A stretch of DNA of 64,000 nucleotides from Candidatus Bathyarchaeota archaeon (GCA_963769425.1 CAVYLP010000005.1:31436-95435), one strand, 5' to 3'; positions 1 to 10,184 are shown, counted from the stretch's first letter. The notes: generated by a model not told the origin, from the sequence alone. A program made the numbers and translations.

Positions 1-2
1 AC

Positions 3-1025
3 TTCGGCGAAGAGTACTCCCTCAGAGGGGACCGTTTCCCACGCTACATACATCTCCTCGAATCCGAGGGGGTGATGGATACGCTTGGGGTTGAGCTTCT
101 CGTCCCTGAGCCAGCGGATGATGACGACCTCCGCCTCGTCCACACTTCCGAGTATATTAAAAGGGTTAACGAGGTCGCCGAGGCTCGCGGCTATCTGTCG
201 GACGATACACCGATTACGCCATCGATAGTTAGGGCGGTTAGGCTGATTGTAGGTGCCGCCCTGATGGCGGGTGACGCAGTTGCGAATAAGGGATACGCGA
301 TGGCGCAGGGGGTGGGTGGGGGGCTACACCATGCTGGGAAGGACTACGGGGAGGCGTGGTGCGTCTTCAACGACGTTGCCATCTGCGCCCGAGCGATGAC
401 GGAGCGTCACGGGTTGAGGCGGGTCCTGATATTCGACACCGACGCCCACGCCGGTAACGGTACGATGGATATCTTCTACAATGACCCCCAGGTTCTCTAT
501 CTAACGGTTCACCAGGACCCCATGACCCTCTACCCGAACACAGGTTTCCCCGAGCAGATCGGGGAAGGGGAAGGGACAGGCTACACGATAAACGTACCCC
601 TACCAAAGAGAGCCGACGACGCCTGCATGACGCTCGTACTCGAACGCGTCTTCAAGCCCATTGTTCGACAGTTCAAGCCACAAGTCATAATCAGAAACGG
701 TGGCGCTGATCCACACTACCAAGACGAGTTGGCGGAACTAGGTTTGAGCTACGATGGTCTCTGGTCCATAGGTAGGGCAGTCGCTGAAGCCGCTAAGGAG
801 ACGAATTGTGGCTTCGTGGACCTTCTCTGTGGTGGTTACAACCCGGGTCGCGAGGAGAAGGGACTATACGCCCTATTCTCAGGAGAGTATGGGCTACCAC
901 AAACGCAGAAGGAGGATGTGCCCCCTCCGAGCCACGATCCATTGGTCCTCCCAAAAACGGAGACTATAATCAACCGGCTGAGCGATCTGCTCGCCGATTA
1001 CTGGGAAATCGAGAAAACTGTGTAG
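3..1025 (+). CDS. Histone deacetylase/AcuC-family Zn-dependent deacetylase (5' end runs off the window)
   Basis: Motifs GGLHHA, DxDAHxGNG, GADPH and GGY are intact; the frame stays open upstream of 72 to the window edge (FGEEYSLRGDRFPRY...). Confidence 0.9.
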   Translation, partial: FGEEYSLRGDRFPRYIHLLESEGVMDTLGVELLVPEPADDDDLRLVHTSEYIKRVNEVAEARGYLSDDTPITPSIVRAVRLIVGAALMAGDAVANKGYAMAQGVGGGLHHAGKDYGEAWCVFNDVAICARAMTERHGLRRVLIFDTDAHAGNGTMDIFYNDPQVLYLTVHQDPMTLYPNTGFPEQIGEGEGTGYTINVPLPKRADDACMTLVLERVFKPIVRQFKPQVIIRNGGADPHYQDELAELGLSYDGLWSIGRAVAEAAKETNCGFVDLLCGGYNPGREEKGLYALFSGEYGLPQTQKEDVPPPSHDPLVLPKTETIINRLSDLLADYWEIEKTV

Positions 1026-1040
1026 GATGATTACATAAAC

Positions 1041-1526
1041 ATGACCGATCCGAATCGTAACCTGAGTGAGGAGCTTCGTGAGTTCTGGGGCACCAGTCCC
1101 GAGTCAAAGATAATCATAGTCGGTATCGGTAGAACGATCCGTGGAGATGAGTCTACGGGCCTCCTAATCGCCGAGGAGTTGGCGAAAACGAGTCACCGTA
1201 ACACCTTGGTAATTAAGGCAGAGGATCGACCCGAGAACTACACCGAGCAGATACGCCACTTCAACCCAACCCACATACTCTACTTACTCACAACCCGATC
1301 AGGGAGAACCCCCGGCGAGACCCATCTAATCACCTTAGAGGAACACAGCAGAACCAGCCTACACGAGTCCCCGTTGACGACTCTTGACCATTACCTATCT
1401 GCTATACTGAGCGTCGAGACCCGGTTGCTAATCGTTGAGCCCTGGACCGAGATGGGTGAACCATCCAGACTTCTAAAGGAAGCAGCTAGAAGGATAGCCG
1501 CGGAGATCAACAAATCACTCCAATAG
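1041..1526 (+). CDS. Hydrogenase maturation protease-like protein (HycI family, degenerate)
   Basis: IVGIGxxxRGDExxG, PENYT...FNPTH and SLH motifs; the metal-ligand Asp of the xxDAA motif is missing. Confidence 0.75.
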   Translation: MTDPNRNLSEELREFWGTSPESKIIIVGIGRTIRGDESTGLLIAEELAKTSHRNTLVIKAEDRPENYTEQIRHFNPTHILYLLTTRSGRTPGETHLITLEEHSRTSLHESPLTTLDHYLSAILSVETRLLIVEPWTEMGEPSRLLKEAARRIAAEINKSLQ

Positions 1527-1582
1527 TCCGATACTAGATAGCATGTGATCTGTTTATACTGAAACTTATCTAACCTCAAAAC

Positions 1583-2494
1583 ATGCCAATTATCAGCGTC
1601 GATGGCGTTAGCTTATACTACGAAGAGAAGGGTGCGGGTGAGCCAGTCGTCTTCAGCCACGGAATACCCACGGACTACCGCGCGTGGGAGAACCAGATGG
1701 ACGACTTCTCAAAGAAATACCGAGCCATCACCTACAGCAGGCGCTACGCCTTCCCAAATAAGCGCGAAGGGGACCTATTGGACAGCACAATAGAGAACAA
1801 CGCCTCTGATCTGAAGGGTCTGATAGACGTACTCGGCATAGCCCCTGTTCACCTCATTGGGCACAGCTACGGAGGTTTCATTGCCGCTTACCTAGCGGCG
1901 AAGTACCCCGGTTACATCCGCTCACTCGTACTCGTCGAACCTGCCATCACAACCATCCTCATCGAGGACGAAAATAGCACATCCCAGATGCTATCCCTAC
2001 TGCTAAACCACCCGTCTGTAGCCCTCGCAGCTCGTAGATTCCAGTCGAAATCACTCAAGCCCGCCATCGCGGCGCTAGACGCGGGGCAACTGGAGGTAGC
2101 CGCGGAGCTAAATGTGGAGGGCATCCAGGGAATACAAGGCGCCTTTTTGGCACTCCCCGAACCCGCCAAAAAGATGATGATCGATAACGCCCAAACAATA
2201 GGGGAGCTTCGAACGAAGTTGCCCCCGTTCAAAGACCAATTGGGCAAGATAACTTGTAGAACCCTCATCATCAACGGCGAGAATAGCCCAGCCTGGTCCC
2301 ACAGAATCGGAGACATACTCGCAAAGTCACTGAAGAGTGTCGAAGCGAAGAGGATTCGGGGTGCGAGGCACTTCCCACACATGGAAAAGCCGAGGGATTT
2401 CAACGAGACAGTCCTCGCTTTCATAGCCAGGGGAGAGGCCACCGCAACCACCCCTCGCGATGGTACAAAACAATTTATCAGCCAGCCACAGTAA
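1583..2494 (+). CDS. Alpha/beta-fold hydrolase
   Basis: HG oxyanion motif, GHSYGG nucleophile elbow, C-terminal HFPH. Confidence 0.9.
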   Translation: MPIISVDGVSLYYEEKGAGEPVVFSHGIPTDYRAWENQMDDFSKKYRAITYSRRYAFPNKREGDLLDSTIENNASDLKGLIDVLGIAPVHLIGHSYGGFIAAYLAAKYPGYIRSLVLVEPAITTILIEDENSTSQMLSLLLNHPSVALAARRFQSKSLKPAIAALDAGQLEVAAELNVEGIQGIQGAFLALPEPAKKMMIDNAQTIGELRTKLPPFKDQLGKITCRTLIINGENSPAWSHRIGDILAKSLKSVEAKRIRGARHFPHMEKPRDFNETVLAFIARGEATATTPRDGTKQFISQPQ

Positions 2495-2501
2495 GCAACC
2501 C

Positions 2502-3866
2502 ATGAAACTCGTCGTCGTCGGGATGGGCTACGTCGGGACACCAGTGGCCGCACTCTTCGCCGATGTCCCAGGGTTTAAAGTCACAGGGATGCAGCGTCGC
2601 TCCATCAGATCAGCGTGGAAGATCGACGCCCTCAACCAGGGTAAGTCGGTGATAGAGGCAGAGGAGCCGGGACTACCCGAGCTCATCAAGCGTGTCCACG
2701 ACAAGGGCACCTTCCATGTCACAGACGACGTGGTTGAGTACCGCGACGCAGACGCCATAATCATCGCCGTCCAGACCCCCGTCGACAAGAACCATGTCCC
2801 CCAGTACGAATCACTAAGGCAGGTCCTCGCCGACGTAGGTAACAATATGCGGAAAGGGGCGCTCATCTGCCTAGAGTCCACTGTCGCCCCCGGAACGACG
2901 AACCACCTCGCAAAGCCCATCCTCGAGAAGCAAAGCGGCATGAAGGCAGGCAAGGACTTCGGCCTCCTGTTTAGCTATGAACGCGTCATGGTCGGGAGGC
3001 TGATCCACAACCTCACGATGTACGACCGAATTGTGGGCGGCGTAGACGCTGAGTCCACGCAGCGCGGCATCGAACTCTACAAAAACATAGTCAAGGCGAA
3101 GCTCCACCCTACTGATGCCCTCACAGCCGAGGTAGCGAAGGTCACGGAGAACGCTTACCGCGACGTGAACATAGCTTTCGCAAACGAGGTCGCCCTCATA
3201 TGCGAGAGCCTCGGGGTCAACGTCCACGATGTCCGCGGCTTCGTAAACAGCCTCCCCAACGACAACAGCAATCCATCCGCGAACCCCTATCGCAACATGC
3301 ACGTACCCGGCGCCGGGGTCGGAGGCCACTGCCTCCCCAAGGACAGCTGGCTCCTAAAGTACGGCCTCGACACATACGGCTCCTTCAAGTTCGACCCCGA
3401 GATAATCACGGGGAGCAGGTACCTCAACGACTCGATGCCCCAACACATGAAGCGCCTAACAGAGGAGGCGCTTGCCGAGAAGGGCCTGAAGCTGAAGGAC
3501 GCGAAGATTACGATCCTCGGCGTCGCCTTCCTCGAGAACAGCGACGACACCCGTAACACCCCCGCGGAGCCCCTCTACAAGGCGCTCGTGGGCAACTGCT
3601 CAGAGGTTATAGCTCACGACCCCTATGTGAAGGAGTTTGAGGAAATGTGCATCACGAATAACCTCAAAAAAGCAATCGAGGGAAGTGATTGCTTGATAGT
3701 TGTCACTCGCCACAAGGAGTATCAAGTACTGAAGCCGAGCGCCCTCAAGGCCAAGATGAGGACCCCTGTCATTGTCGACGGGAGAAACGTCTTCAGCCAA
3801 GACGAATGCCTGTTGAAGGGATTCGCCTTTAGGGGCGTAGGTCTGCCCATAAAGAAGAGCAGTTAA
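2502..3866 (+). CDS. Nucleotide-sugar (UDP-HexNAc) 6-dehydrogenase, WecC/WbpA family
   Basis: GMGYVG Rossmann motif, ESTVAPGTT, KVTENAYRDVNIAFANE, GVGGHCLPKD; ATG at 2502 preferred over 2460. Confidence 0.92.
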   Translation: MKLVVVGMGYVGTPVAALFADVPGFKVTGMQRRSIRSAWKIDALNQGKSVIEAEEPGLPELIKRVHDKGTFHVTDDVVEYRDADAIIIAVQTPVDKNHVPQYESLRQVLADVGNNMRKGALICLESTVAPGTTNHLAKPILEKQSGMKAGKDFGLLFSYERVMVGRLIHNLTMYDRIVGGVDAESTQRGIELYKNIVKAKLHPTDALTAEVAKVTENAYRDVNIAFANEVALICESLGVNVHDVRGFVNSLPNDNSNPSANPYRNMHVPGAGVGGHCLPKDSWLLKYGLDTYGSFKFDPEIITGSRYLNDSMPQHMKRLTEEALAEKGLKLKDAKITILGVAFLENSDDTRNTPAEPLYKALVGNCSEVIAHDPYVKEFEEMCITNNLKKAIEGSDCLIVVTRHKEYQVLKPSALKAKMRTPVIVDGRNVFSQDECLLKGFAFRGVGLPIKKSS

Positions 3867-3867
3867 G

Positions 3868-5211
3868 TTAACCAGTCCTCACGCCGAGGGTCACGGATAC
3901 GGCCATTTCGGTGCCGCCCCTGATTATCGTCAGGGCGATCGTGTCACCGGGCCTCTTGTTCCTCTGCATGTAGAGGATGAGGTCGTAGATGCCCTTCATG
4001 GCCTGACCGTCTGCCTTCGTTATTACGTCCCCGCCGACAGGGGTGTAGGCGCCGTCGACTATTTGGTAGCTTGTCCCACCTCTTAGGCCGGCGGTCACCG
4101 CCGGGCCTGAGACCGTCGTCAGAAGCACGCCGTGAGTCCCCGCCGGAAGATTCATGGTGGTGACGATCCCGGGCGTAACGTCGGTGCCCTGGATGCCTAT
4201 GTAGACCTGGTCGTACTTGCCCGTGGAGATGAGGCTCGCTATCTCTCTAGAGATCGTGTTGCTCGGGACTGCGAACCCTATGCCCGATGATGTCTGCGAG
4301 GGGATGGCGGTGTTGATCCCCACAACCTCCCCGCTAAGGTTGAGGAGGGGCCCCCCGCTGTTCCCGGGGTTGATGGCCGCGTCCGTCTGGATCACGTCCA
4401 CTATCGGGTAGCCACTAGCGGAGTCCATCTCACGCCCCGTCGCGCTGATGATCCCCGTCGTCAGCGTGTCAGCCAACCCGTACGGGTTCCCGATAGCAAG
4501 CACCTCCTGCCCTACCTTCAGCGCGGAGGAGTCGCCCAGCCTCAGCGGCTTTAGAAGTGCCGCGGGGGCTGAGACCTGGATCACCGCGATGTCAGAGTAG
4601 GGGTCGGCGCCCACAACCGTCGCGGGTACTATGGTCCCATTGATGAAGGTGACAGTGATGCTGTTTGCTCCGTCTATAACGTGGTTGTTCGTCACGATCC
4701 TCCCCTGAGTGTCGTAGATGAAGCCGCTGCCCGTAGCCGTCCCGAGGGGGAGCGTCGACTTAATCAGAACCACGCTGTCCTTTACACTGTCGTAGAGTGT
4801 CGAGACATCTGTTGTGCCCCCACCCGTCGACCCGCCAGACCCCTGAGATAGGGCGCTTACTGCCTGGCTAAGCTGGGCTATCTGAGAGTTGGAGCTGAAG
4901 AGACTCGTGCTAAGACCCTGAACCGATGATGTCAGCGAAGAGACTTGGCTTGTAAGGTCGCCTATTCGGCGGCTGCTGTCGAAGTAGATGTATCCCGAAA
5001 ATCCCACGGTCAGGATGAGGAGAATAATTATGCCGCCGAGTAAAGCGTTGCTACCACCCCTTCTGGGTGGCTTCTGCTCGACCTTTAATTCGGGTGAGGG
5101 GGCTGACTCCGGCTTAGGTTCGGTCTGCGGCGCCTCGGGCGTCCTAGGTTCAGTTGGTTGTTCCGGTTGCGTCCCCGTCTGTGGTTCTTCACGATTATCC
5201 TCAGTCATCAA
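3868..5211 (-). CDS. htrA: Membrane-anchored HtrA/DegP-like serine protease with PDZ domain (paralog 1)
   Basis: TNNHV, DIAVI and GNSGGPL triad motifs; N-terminal TM helix plus coiled coil; C-terminal PDZ. Confidence 0.93.
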   Translation of the reverse strand: MMTEDNREEPQTGTQPEQPTEPRTPEAPQTEPKPESAPSPELKVEQKPPRRGGSNALLGGIIILLILTVGFSGYIYFDSSRRIGDLTSQVSSLTSSVQGLSTSLFSSNSQIAQLSQAVSALSQGSGGSTGGGTTDVSTLYDSVKDSVVLIKSTLPLGTATGSGFIYDTQGRIVTNNHVIDGANSITVTFINGTIVPATVVGADPYSDIAVIQVSAPAALLKPLRLGDSSALKVGQEVLAIGNPYGLADTLTTGIISATGREMDSASGYPIVDVIQTDAAINPGNSGGPLLNLSGEVVGINTAIPSQTSSGIGFAVPSNTISREIASLISTGKYDQVYIGIQGTDVTPGIVTTMNLPAGTHGVLLTTVSGPAVTAGLRGGTSYQIVDGAYTPVGGDVITKADGQAMKGIYDLILYMQRNKRPGDTIALTIIRGGTEMAVSVTLGVRTG

Positions 5212-5364
5212 ACTTCACCATGTTCAGACTTATCAGATCATGATGAGTGTAGCTATTCATAAACGATTTTTCAGGATTATACCATAATTTCCTCAGATTC
5301 CTGCACATACACCATTTAAAGGGGGGTTCAATAAACTGTACTTTAACCCGACGGGGATTAGCCG

Positions 5365-5688
5365 ATGGCCCTCTCAAGACGATCCTTCAAGCAGCTCCTA
5401 CTCTGGCTGATCGAGGGGTCCCGTGGGGGGGTCAACAGGGGGAAGATAATCGAGGCCGTGAAGGAGGGGCCACTCAACGCCAACCAGCTCTGCAACCTCC
5501 TAGGCGTAGATTACCGGACCATCCGCCATCACCTGGACGTGCTGGAGAAGAACCACCTCATAGTCGCTGTGGGGGAGCACTACGGCAAGGTCTACTTCCT
5601 CAGCCAGGACCTCGAGATGAACTACGAAGATTTTGAAGAGATTTGGGATAAAATTGCGAAAAGGTTGAAAAACGATGGAAGAAAATGA
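5365..5688 (+). CDS. Winged-HTH (ArsR-like) transcriptional regulator
   Basis: LLWLIxGSRGGxNR...NANQL...DYRTIRHHLxVL pattern of an archaeal wHTH family. Confidence 0.85.
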   Translation: MALSRRSFKQLLLWLIEGSRGGVNRGKIIEAVKEGPLNANQLCNLLGVDYRTIRHHLDVLEKNHLIVAVGEHYGKVYFLSQDLEMNYEDFEEIWDKIAKRLKNDGRK

Positions 5689-6148
5689 GAAGAAGATGCA
5701 GAAGACGCCATGGGCATCGATAGTGATAGTCGGCCTACTAGTCGTGATCATAGTGGTGCTCATCGGCCCCCTGAACACGCTCAACTCCATCTTCAGTAAC
5801 CCGGGCCGCCCCTTCCTCGAGCGCCTCACCCCCCAGCAACTCGAGGAGATCAGCAACCTCCTCGTCTTCTACATAAAGGGGCGCACAGTGCTCGCCCTCA
5901 TCAACACGGGGCTCCTACTATACCTCATCGCCCTCTACGTCGGCATCTACCGGGAAACGAAGTCCAACTTCAGCCTCTGCCTCGTCCTCTTCTCCGCGAC
6001 GCTGCTCCTCTACTCCGTGACGAGCAACCCCATACTGATATGGCTCAACGGGTTCCAGGAGGCAAACATACTCAGCATATTCAACTTCCTCCCAGACATA
6101 TTTACGACGCTCGCCTCCGCCATACTGATCTACCTCAGCAGGCAGTGA
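5675..6148 (+). CDS. Small multi-pass membrane protein coupled to the wHTH gene
   Basis: About 4 hydrophobic segments; YRETKSNFSL motif; overlaps the upstream regulator by 14 nt. Confidence 0.75.
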   Translation: MEENEKKMQKTPWASIVIVGLLVVIIVVLIGPLNTLNSIFSNPGRPFLERLTPQQLEEISNLLVFYIKGRTVLALINTGLLLYLIALYVGIYRETKSNFSLCLVLFSATLLLYSVTSNPILIWLNGFQEANILSIFNFLPDIFTTLASAILIYLSRQ

Positions 6149-6825
6149 GGCATCAAACCGGCCTTTAATCGACTCGGGAGCCTCTCATAGACCGATTCGA
6201 TGAGCTTCGGGTACGAGCAGATCAGGAGGGCGCATCCGGCGCCCAACAGGGCCCCGCCGGCGACGTCAGTAGGGAAGTGTACACCGACGTAGATTCTGGA
6301 GAACGCTACGAGAGAGGCCTCGGCGGTCAGGACGACGGCATAACCCCTTCTAAGGTAGAGCCAAGCGACCACGATCCCTCCAGAAACGATGAGAGTATGA
6401 CCAGAGGGGAAGGCGTAGTCGGACTCCCTCGCGATCAACAGACGGACGCCGTCGAGGACATCGTAGGGCCGGGCCCTCATGTCAATCGCCTTCATACCGT
6501 AGCCTACACCCGTAAGGATCAGAAACGTGAGGCCGAGGGTTATGGCCGCCTTCTTCTCCCTCTCCCCCCCGAGAAAGAAGAGCACAGTCATTGCTCCACC
6601 CCACACGAGTTCCCTACCATAAAGACTGAAAAGAACCATCACGGAGTCTAGCAGCGGCGAGGGGGACCAAGAGTTCACGGCTCTGAATAACCCAACATCG
6701 AACCCCTGCGTGAACCCGCTGTTGACGGAGATATTTAGGGCCACGAATAAGGCGATTAAAGTTATCCCTACTAGGTGTAGCCTCCTGATGCGGATCCCCT
6801 CTCCCCCCTCCATGACTCGAGCCAT
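6130..6825 (-). CDS. PAP2-family membrane phosphatase
   Basis: KxxxxxxRP, FPSGH and SRIYVGVHFPTD motifs. Confidence 0.92.
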   Translation of the reverse strand: MARVMEGGEGIRIRRLHLVGITLIALFVALNISVNSGFTQGFDVGLFRAVNSWSPSPLLDSVMVLFSLYGRELVWGGAMTVLFFLGGEREKKAAITLGLTFLILTGVGYGMKAIDMRARPYDVLDGVRLLIARESDYAFPSGHTLIVSGGIVVAWLYLRRGYAVVLTAEASLVAFSRIYVGVHFPTDVAGGALLGAGCALLICSYPKLIESVYERLPSRLKAGLMPHCLLR

Positions 6826-6909
6826 ACAGATGGACTAGACCTATGAGCGAAGTAAAAAAACGATCTACCTCTCCGAACACTCATATCCAGTGAATCCCGT
6901 TGTCTACCC

Positions 6910-8562
6910 GTGGTATTCAGCATGGTTGACACAGAGAGGATCGAGAACTTCATCTCAGCAGAACTAGAGGGGAGAAGGCACCCAGGCTCATCCGTCTCCG
7001 TAGTGAAAGGGGACGAGGTGGTCTGGTCAAGGGGATTCGGATACAGCGATCTAAAAAACGACAAGCGGGCAACACCCGAGACCATCTACGGCTGCGCCTC
7101 TGTCACCAAACCCGTCGTGACCACCGGGTTCCTTCAACTCATGGAGCAGGAAAAATTCAGCCTCGATGACGGGGTCAACGAGCACCTAGACGTGAAGATC
7201 AGGGACATCAAGGGGGAGGAACCAACAATTAGAGACCTCCTGACCCACTACACTGGGATGCCGACGCGTGTACCACCCCTCTACCTCCTCGGCGAGGCAC
7301 CCATGGACACAAAGAGGTACATCAGTGAGGCGGCGAGGATGGTCCGACCCAGGGGGGAGGAGTGGGCCTACTGCAACACCGCCTTCACGATCGTCGGCCA
7401 CCTCATCGAAACAATCACTGGCACACCCTACAACGAATACGTCAAGGAGCACGTCCTTAAGCCTCTGGAGATGACATCAAGCGACTTCGAGATATCCCCG
7501 ATGGTCGAGGCACGGCTCGCCCAGGGATACAAGAGAGGCGGGGGACCTGAGAAGCCACTCATACCCTGCCCACGCTACTACCTGGGGATGAGGCCCGCGG
7601 ACGCGGCGGGGAGCCTCTACTCGACGGTCCTCGACCTCGCCAAGTTCGTCTCCATGAACCTCAACCATGGTACATACCACTCGAGAAGACTCCTCAAGGA
7701 AGAGACGATCGCGGAGATGCACAGACTACAAGCCCCGACGGGTAAGTCGAGTAGCGGTATGGGATTGACTTGGTTCCGAACCATCCACGACGGGCGCGTG
7801 ATGCTCTACCACACGGGCGGCCTCCCCGACTTCACGAACCACGTCTGCTTCTACCCCGAGGAAGGGCTCGGCGTCTGCTGGCTGAGCAACATGCAGGACG
7901 GCTCAAACTGGCGGCCACCAGCGCCAACCGTGCTTAGAATGGCACAGGGGGACGAACCCCCGCATGGATCGCTCCAATCCACTCCAAGCAACTGGGCTAA
8001 GATCGTGGGCATCTACGGGGACGAGATACATCAATCCGTAATCAGGGTCGTGAACGGCTATCTGGTCCTAGACGAGAAGTTCCTACTGGAAAGGCTGGAC
8101 GACTCCACCTACCGGGTTCACGGCCCATCGAGCGACGGGGAGGATATAACCTTCGAATATGGTGAGGACGGGAACGTCCGCCAGTTCGACCTCGGCACAA
8201 GCTTCCATCTGAGATACACGCCGACGGTCCCAAGGGTCGATAACGGCGCCGATCTGGTGGGGACGTGGATCGGTGAGTACGTCGATGCGTACGGATTCCA
8301 CGATATGGAGCTTAGGATACAGGGCCGGGGGAGTGGCGTAGCGAACGGCCTCAACGGCGAGTATGTTAAACTCGACGGGTTCCGAGCCGAATTAGGCGAG
8401 GTTAAGGGGCGGGGAAGTTTCAGGATACCCCGCGAGTACGCGCTCTGGGGGACGAGCGACTACGCCGAGGTCGAGCTGAGCCTCAAGTCTGTAGAAGGAA
8501 AGCTCGTTGGGATCCTGACGAGTAATTTCGGAGCCACGAAGATCGAGTTAAAAAGGAAATGA
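6910..8562 (+). CDS. Serine hydrolase, beta-lactamase class C/D-peptidase family, with C-terminal extension
   Basis: SxxK (ASVTK), LLTH, YxN (YCN) and HTGG motifs; no signal peptide. Confidence 0.9.
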   Translation: MVFSMVDTERIENFISAELEGRRHPGSSVSVVKGDEVVWSRGFGYSDLKNDKRATPETIYGCASVTKPVVTTGFLQLMEQEKFSLDDGVNEHLDVKIRDIKGEEPTIRDLLTHYTGMPTRVPPLYLLGEAPMDTKRYISEAARMVRPRGEEWAYCNTAFTIVGHLIETITGTPYNEYVKEHVLKPLEMTSSDFEISPMVEARLAQGYKRGGGPEKPLIPCPRYYLGMRPADAAGSLYSTVLDLAKFVSMNLNHGTYHSRRLLKEETIAEMHRLQAPTGKSSSGMGLTWFRTIHDGRVMLYHTGGLPDFTNHVCFYPEEGLGVCWLSNMQDGSNWRPPAPTVLRMAQGDEPPHGSLQSTPSNWAKIVGIYGDEIHQSVIRVVNGYLVLDEKFLLERLDDSTYRVHGPSSDGEDITFEYGEDGNVRQFDLGTSFHLRYTPTVPRVDNGADLVGTWIGEYVDAYGFHDMELRIQGRGSGVANGLNGEYVKLDGFRAELGEVKGRGSFRIPREYALWGTSDYAEVELSLKSVEGKLVGILTSNFGATKIELKRK

Positions 8563-8567
8563 GGGCG

Positions 8568-9722
8568 CTAGCCCCTCCACTTTATCTTGGGCATAATGGA
8601 CTCCTTCTTCTCCTCTATCCTGCCCTTGTACTTCATCAGTTTCGGGATCGTCAGCCTCAGCTCGGTGTTCAGGTCGTTCGTTGGCTTGAAGCCTAGGGCG
8701 GGAAGCTTCTCGCGATCCGGGTGATAGTAGTGCTCCTCCTTTTCGAGACGGGGATTCTCGATGCTCCAAATCTTCGCGCTAATCCCGAACTCGCCCGAGA
8801 CCTCCACTACATGCTTCGCGAGATCGTTGACGGAGTAGGTCTCATCGAACTGGTTCAGGACGCGGTACTCCCCATCCTTCGGTGGGTTCTCCGCGGCGAG
8901 GGTCATGCATTGGACGCTGTCGCGTAGGGCTATATACCCACGTGTCTGCCCACCCTTCCCATATGGGGTGAGCTCGTGTCCGATGACGGCCTGAGCGCAG
9001 AACCTATTCAGGGCGGTGCCCCACGCTTCGTCGAAGTCGAAGCGGGTGAGGAGGTCGTCGCTAACCATCTCATCTGTGACGATGCCGTGGACGACGCCTT
9101 GCATGATGTCGGTGCTCCGGAGCCCCCAGATCTTGCAGGCGAACATGATGTTGTGGCTGTCGTGGACCTTGCTCAGGTGGTACCAGCTCCCCGCTTGCCT
9201 TGGGAAGGGGAGGGTATCCTTCCTGCCCCTGTACTCAATCTCGAAGAAGCCTTCCGGGATGTCGATATTAGGGGTCCCGTACTCACCCATCGTACCGAGT
9301 TTAAGGAGGTGACACTTAGGGGCGTGCTTCTTCATGGCGAAGAGGATGTTGTTAGTTCCCACAATGTTATTTATCTGAGTGTGGTTGCAGTGCTCGACGT
9401 CGATCATGCTGTATGGAGCTGAGGATATCTCGCCTAGGTGGACTATACAATCGGGCCTCTCATCGGCGATGACCCTGTCGGTAAAGTCGGTCTTGGCGAG
9501 GTCCCCCTCGTGGAAGGCGATTTTCCTCCCTGAAGCCTTCTGATATGCCTTGAGTCTCTCGGCCATCGGCTTGATCGGTGTGGCTGACTGGGACTTCAGT
9601 TCCTCGACGTTTCTACGTCTGCTGAAGTTGTCGACGCCGGTGACCTCGTGGCCCCTGGCGCTGAGGTGCATTGCGAGTGGCCACCCTAGGTAGCCGTCCA
9701 TACCCATGATCATGACTTTCAT
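8568..9722 (-). CDS. agl3: UDP-sulfoquinovose synthase (SqdB/Agl3)
   Basis: GMDGYLGWP, SAPYSMID, KLGTMGEYG, YHLSKVHDS and NPRxEKEEHYY signatures. Confidence 0.92.
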   Translation of the reverse strand: MKVMIMGMDGYLGWPLAMHLSARGHEVTGVDNFSRRRNVEELKSQSATPIKPMAERLKAYQKASGRKIAFHEGDLAKTDFTDRVIADERPDCIVHLGEISSAPYSMIDVEHCNHTQINNIVGTNNILFAMKKHAPKCHLLKLGTMGEYGTPNIDIPEGFFEIEYRGRKDTLPFPRQAGSWYHLSKVHDSHNIMFACKIWGLRSTDIMQGVVHGIVTDEMVSDDLLTRFDFDEAWGTALNRFCAQAVIGHELTPYGKGGQTRGYIALRDSVQCMTLAAENPPKDGEYRVLNQFDETYSVNDLAKHVVEVSGEFGISAKIWSIENPRLEKEEHYYHPDREKLPALGFKPTNDLNTELRLTIPKLMKYKGRIEEKKESIMPKIKWRG

Positions 9723-9825
9723 CGGTGGTAACCGCCCACTTCCAACAATGATCCGGGTATGACAGTTTTAAAGATACGGGACCTAAATAATTTGAGGAGG
9801 GAATGAACCCCTCACCAAGGCTGTC

Positions 9826-10050
9826 TTAATCTATAACCATCATCGTCAGAGTCGATCTGACGTTCTTCATGCGCCTGATCTTGTTCGTGATGGCGTCCTT
9901 TAGCTGCTCCATAGTTTCTGCCTCGAGTCTCACGACGTAGTCATACACACCGTAAACTCCGTAGAACTCCTTGACCTCACGGATATCCTTTAGCTCCTTG
10001 GTGAGATCCGACCCCATCTCCGCGTTAATCAGTACAAATGCTGTGTTCAT
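9826..10050 (-). CDS. Stand-alone Lrp/AsnC ligand-binding (RAM) domain protein
   Basis: AFVLIN...VYGVYDYVVRLE...IRRM...STLT; no HTH. Confidence 0.9.
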   Translation of the reverse strand: MNTAFVLINAEMGSDLTKELKDIREVKEFYGVYGVYDYVVRLEAETMEQLKDAITNKIRRMKNVRSTLTMMVID

Positions 10051-10184
10051 TATCCTCCCCTATATTATGAGTGTTCGAATCCTCCTTTAACACCTTCTAA
10101 TTGTTGTGGTCGTTGTGGGAAAACAGCTTAAGAACGGGGTAAACTTAAACGCATCCTCGACCGCGAGGTAGTCAACCCGCGCAG

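Noticed and set aside
5222-5300. Possible C/D-box sRNA (ATGATGA and CTGA words)
   Set aside because: Boxes are not in the correct order and spacing on one strand; the region is better explained as a divergent promoter.
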